Shown piece after piece: positions 6,950 to 7,192 of a stretch of 7,192 nt of DNA. The DNA is taken from positions 1 through 7,192 of IMG/VR virus record IMGVR_UViG_2740892233_000001; one strand, 5' to 3'. The notes under the pieces are model-generated. The model was not told the origin of the DNA. It did not search any database and saw only the letters and a list, made by a program, of their open reading frames with translations. The translations under genes and the position numbers were made by a program. The number at the start of each line of letters is the position of its first letter. The first letter of the stretch is position 1. This DNA is from a virus. Its lineage: Duplodnaviria; Heunggongvirae; Uroviricota; Caudoviricetes.

Positions 6950-7192
6950 TACCTGGACAATATGGAGGCGACTGGTTTTTACAGGATTTCCCTGCCTTCC
7001 GCACAGCCTGGCGATATCCTGCTGTGCTGCTTTGGCGCATCGGTGGCCAATCATGCCGCCATATACTGCGGCAACGGTGAGCTGCTTCACCATCTGCCTG
7101 AACAACTGAGTAAACGGGAGAGGTATTTCGAAAAATGGCAACGACGAACGCATTCAGCCTGGCGTCACCGCCACTGGCACGTATCTGCCTTC
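6950..7192 (+). CDS. K: Second, more divergent copy of the 3' part of a K-like gene (internal fragment, no start or stop in window), lying after an N10 gap
   Basis: Translation YLDNMEATGFYRISLPSAQPGDILLCCFGASVANHAAIYCGNGELLHHLPEQLSKRERYFEKWQRRTHSAWRHRHWHVSAF is paralogous to the product of 6591-6833 (YLDNMAVTGFYRVPLSSAQAGDILLCCFGASVANHAAIY...). The nucleotide sequence is clearly diverged in the first 70 bp or so and near-identical afterwards. Confidence 0.7.

Larger units (their letters stand above)
6591..7192 (+). repeat. Non-adjacent direct repeat (6591-6833 versus 6950-7192) with N10 at 6939-6948; the second copy is a divergent K 3' region from a different fragment or prophage
   Basis: Offset is 359 nt. 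The first 70 bp or so of the pair differ at several codons (MAVTGFYRVPLSSAQAGD versus MEATGFYRISLPSAQPGD); the rest is near-identical. Confidence 0.85.

Noticed and set aside
669-7192. Possibility that the repeated units with intervening Ns represent a CRISPR-like or other structured repeat array
   Set aside because: There are only two copies per site. The units are 53 to about 240 bp of protein-coding sequence in frame with tail genes. The spacers are exactly 10 N (unknown bases), not unique sequence.
1-7192. Hidden defence, toxin-antitoxin, moron or other accessory cargo between tail genes
   Set aside because: The intergenic spacers are 0-13 nt and every gene is colinear with a lambda tail gene. 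There is no unassigned coding space in the window where an inserted cargo gene could sit.

Overview
The window is the + strand tail-morphogenesis module of a lambda-like (lambdoid, siphovirus-type) enterobacterial phage or prophage, in the canonical order U(3' end)-V-G/G-T-H-M-L-K-I(5' end). All substantial coding capacity is on the + strand and is accounted for by these tail genes; recognition rests on my recall of the phage lambda proteins, which the translations match closely. I do not see a novel or undescribed system here. The most notable feature is technical: five blocks of exactly 10 N (878-887, 2733-2742, 5932-5941, 6197-6206, 6939-6948), each followed by sequence that restarts upstream of where the preceding segment ended. 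This creates near-identical direct repeats of 53 to about 243 bp inside V, H and K, differing mainly by synonymous substitutions. I read these as scaffold or contig joins between overlapping fragments, probably from more than one closely related prophage copy, not as real tandem duplications. The ORF lengths for V (323 aa), H (903 aa) and K are therefore inflated or broken, and every long minus-strand ORF is an antisense artefact. Known lambda biology is visible directly: the G/G-T -1 frameshift heptamer, overlapping start/stop junctions, JAMM and NlpC/P60 motifs in K, and a cysteine cluster in L.
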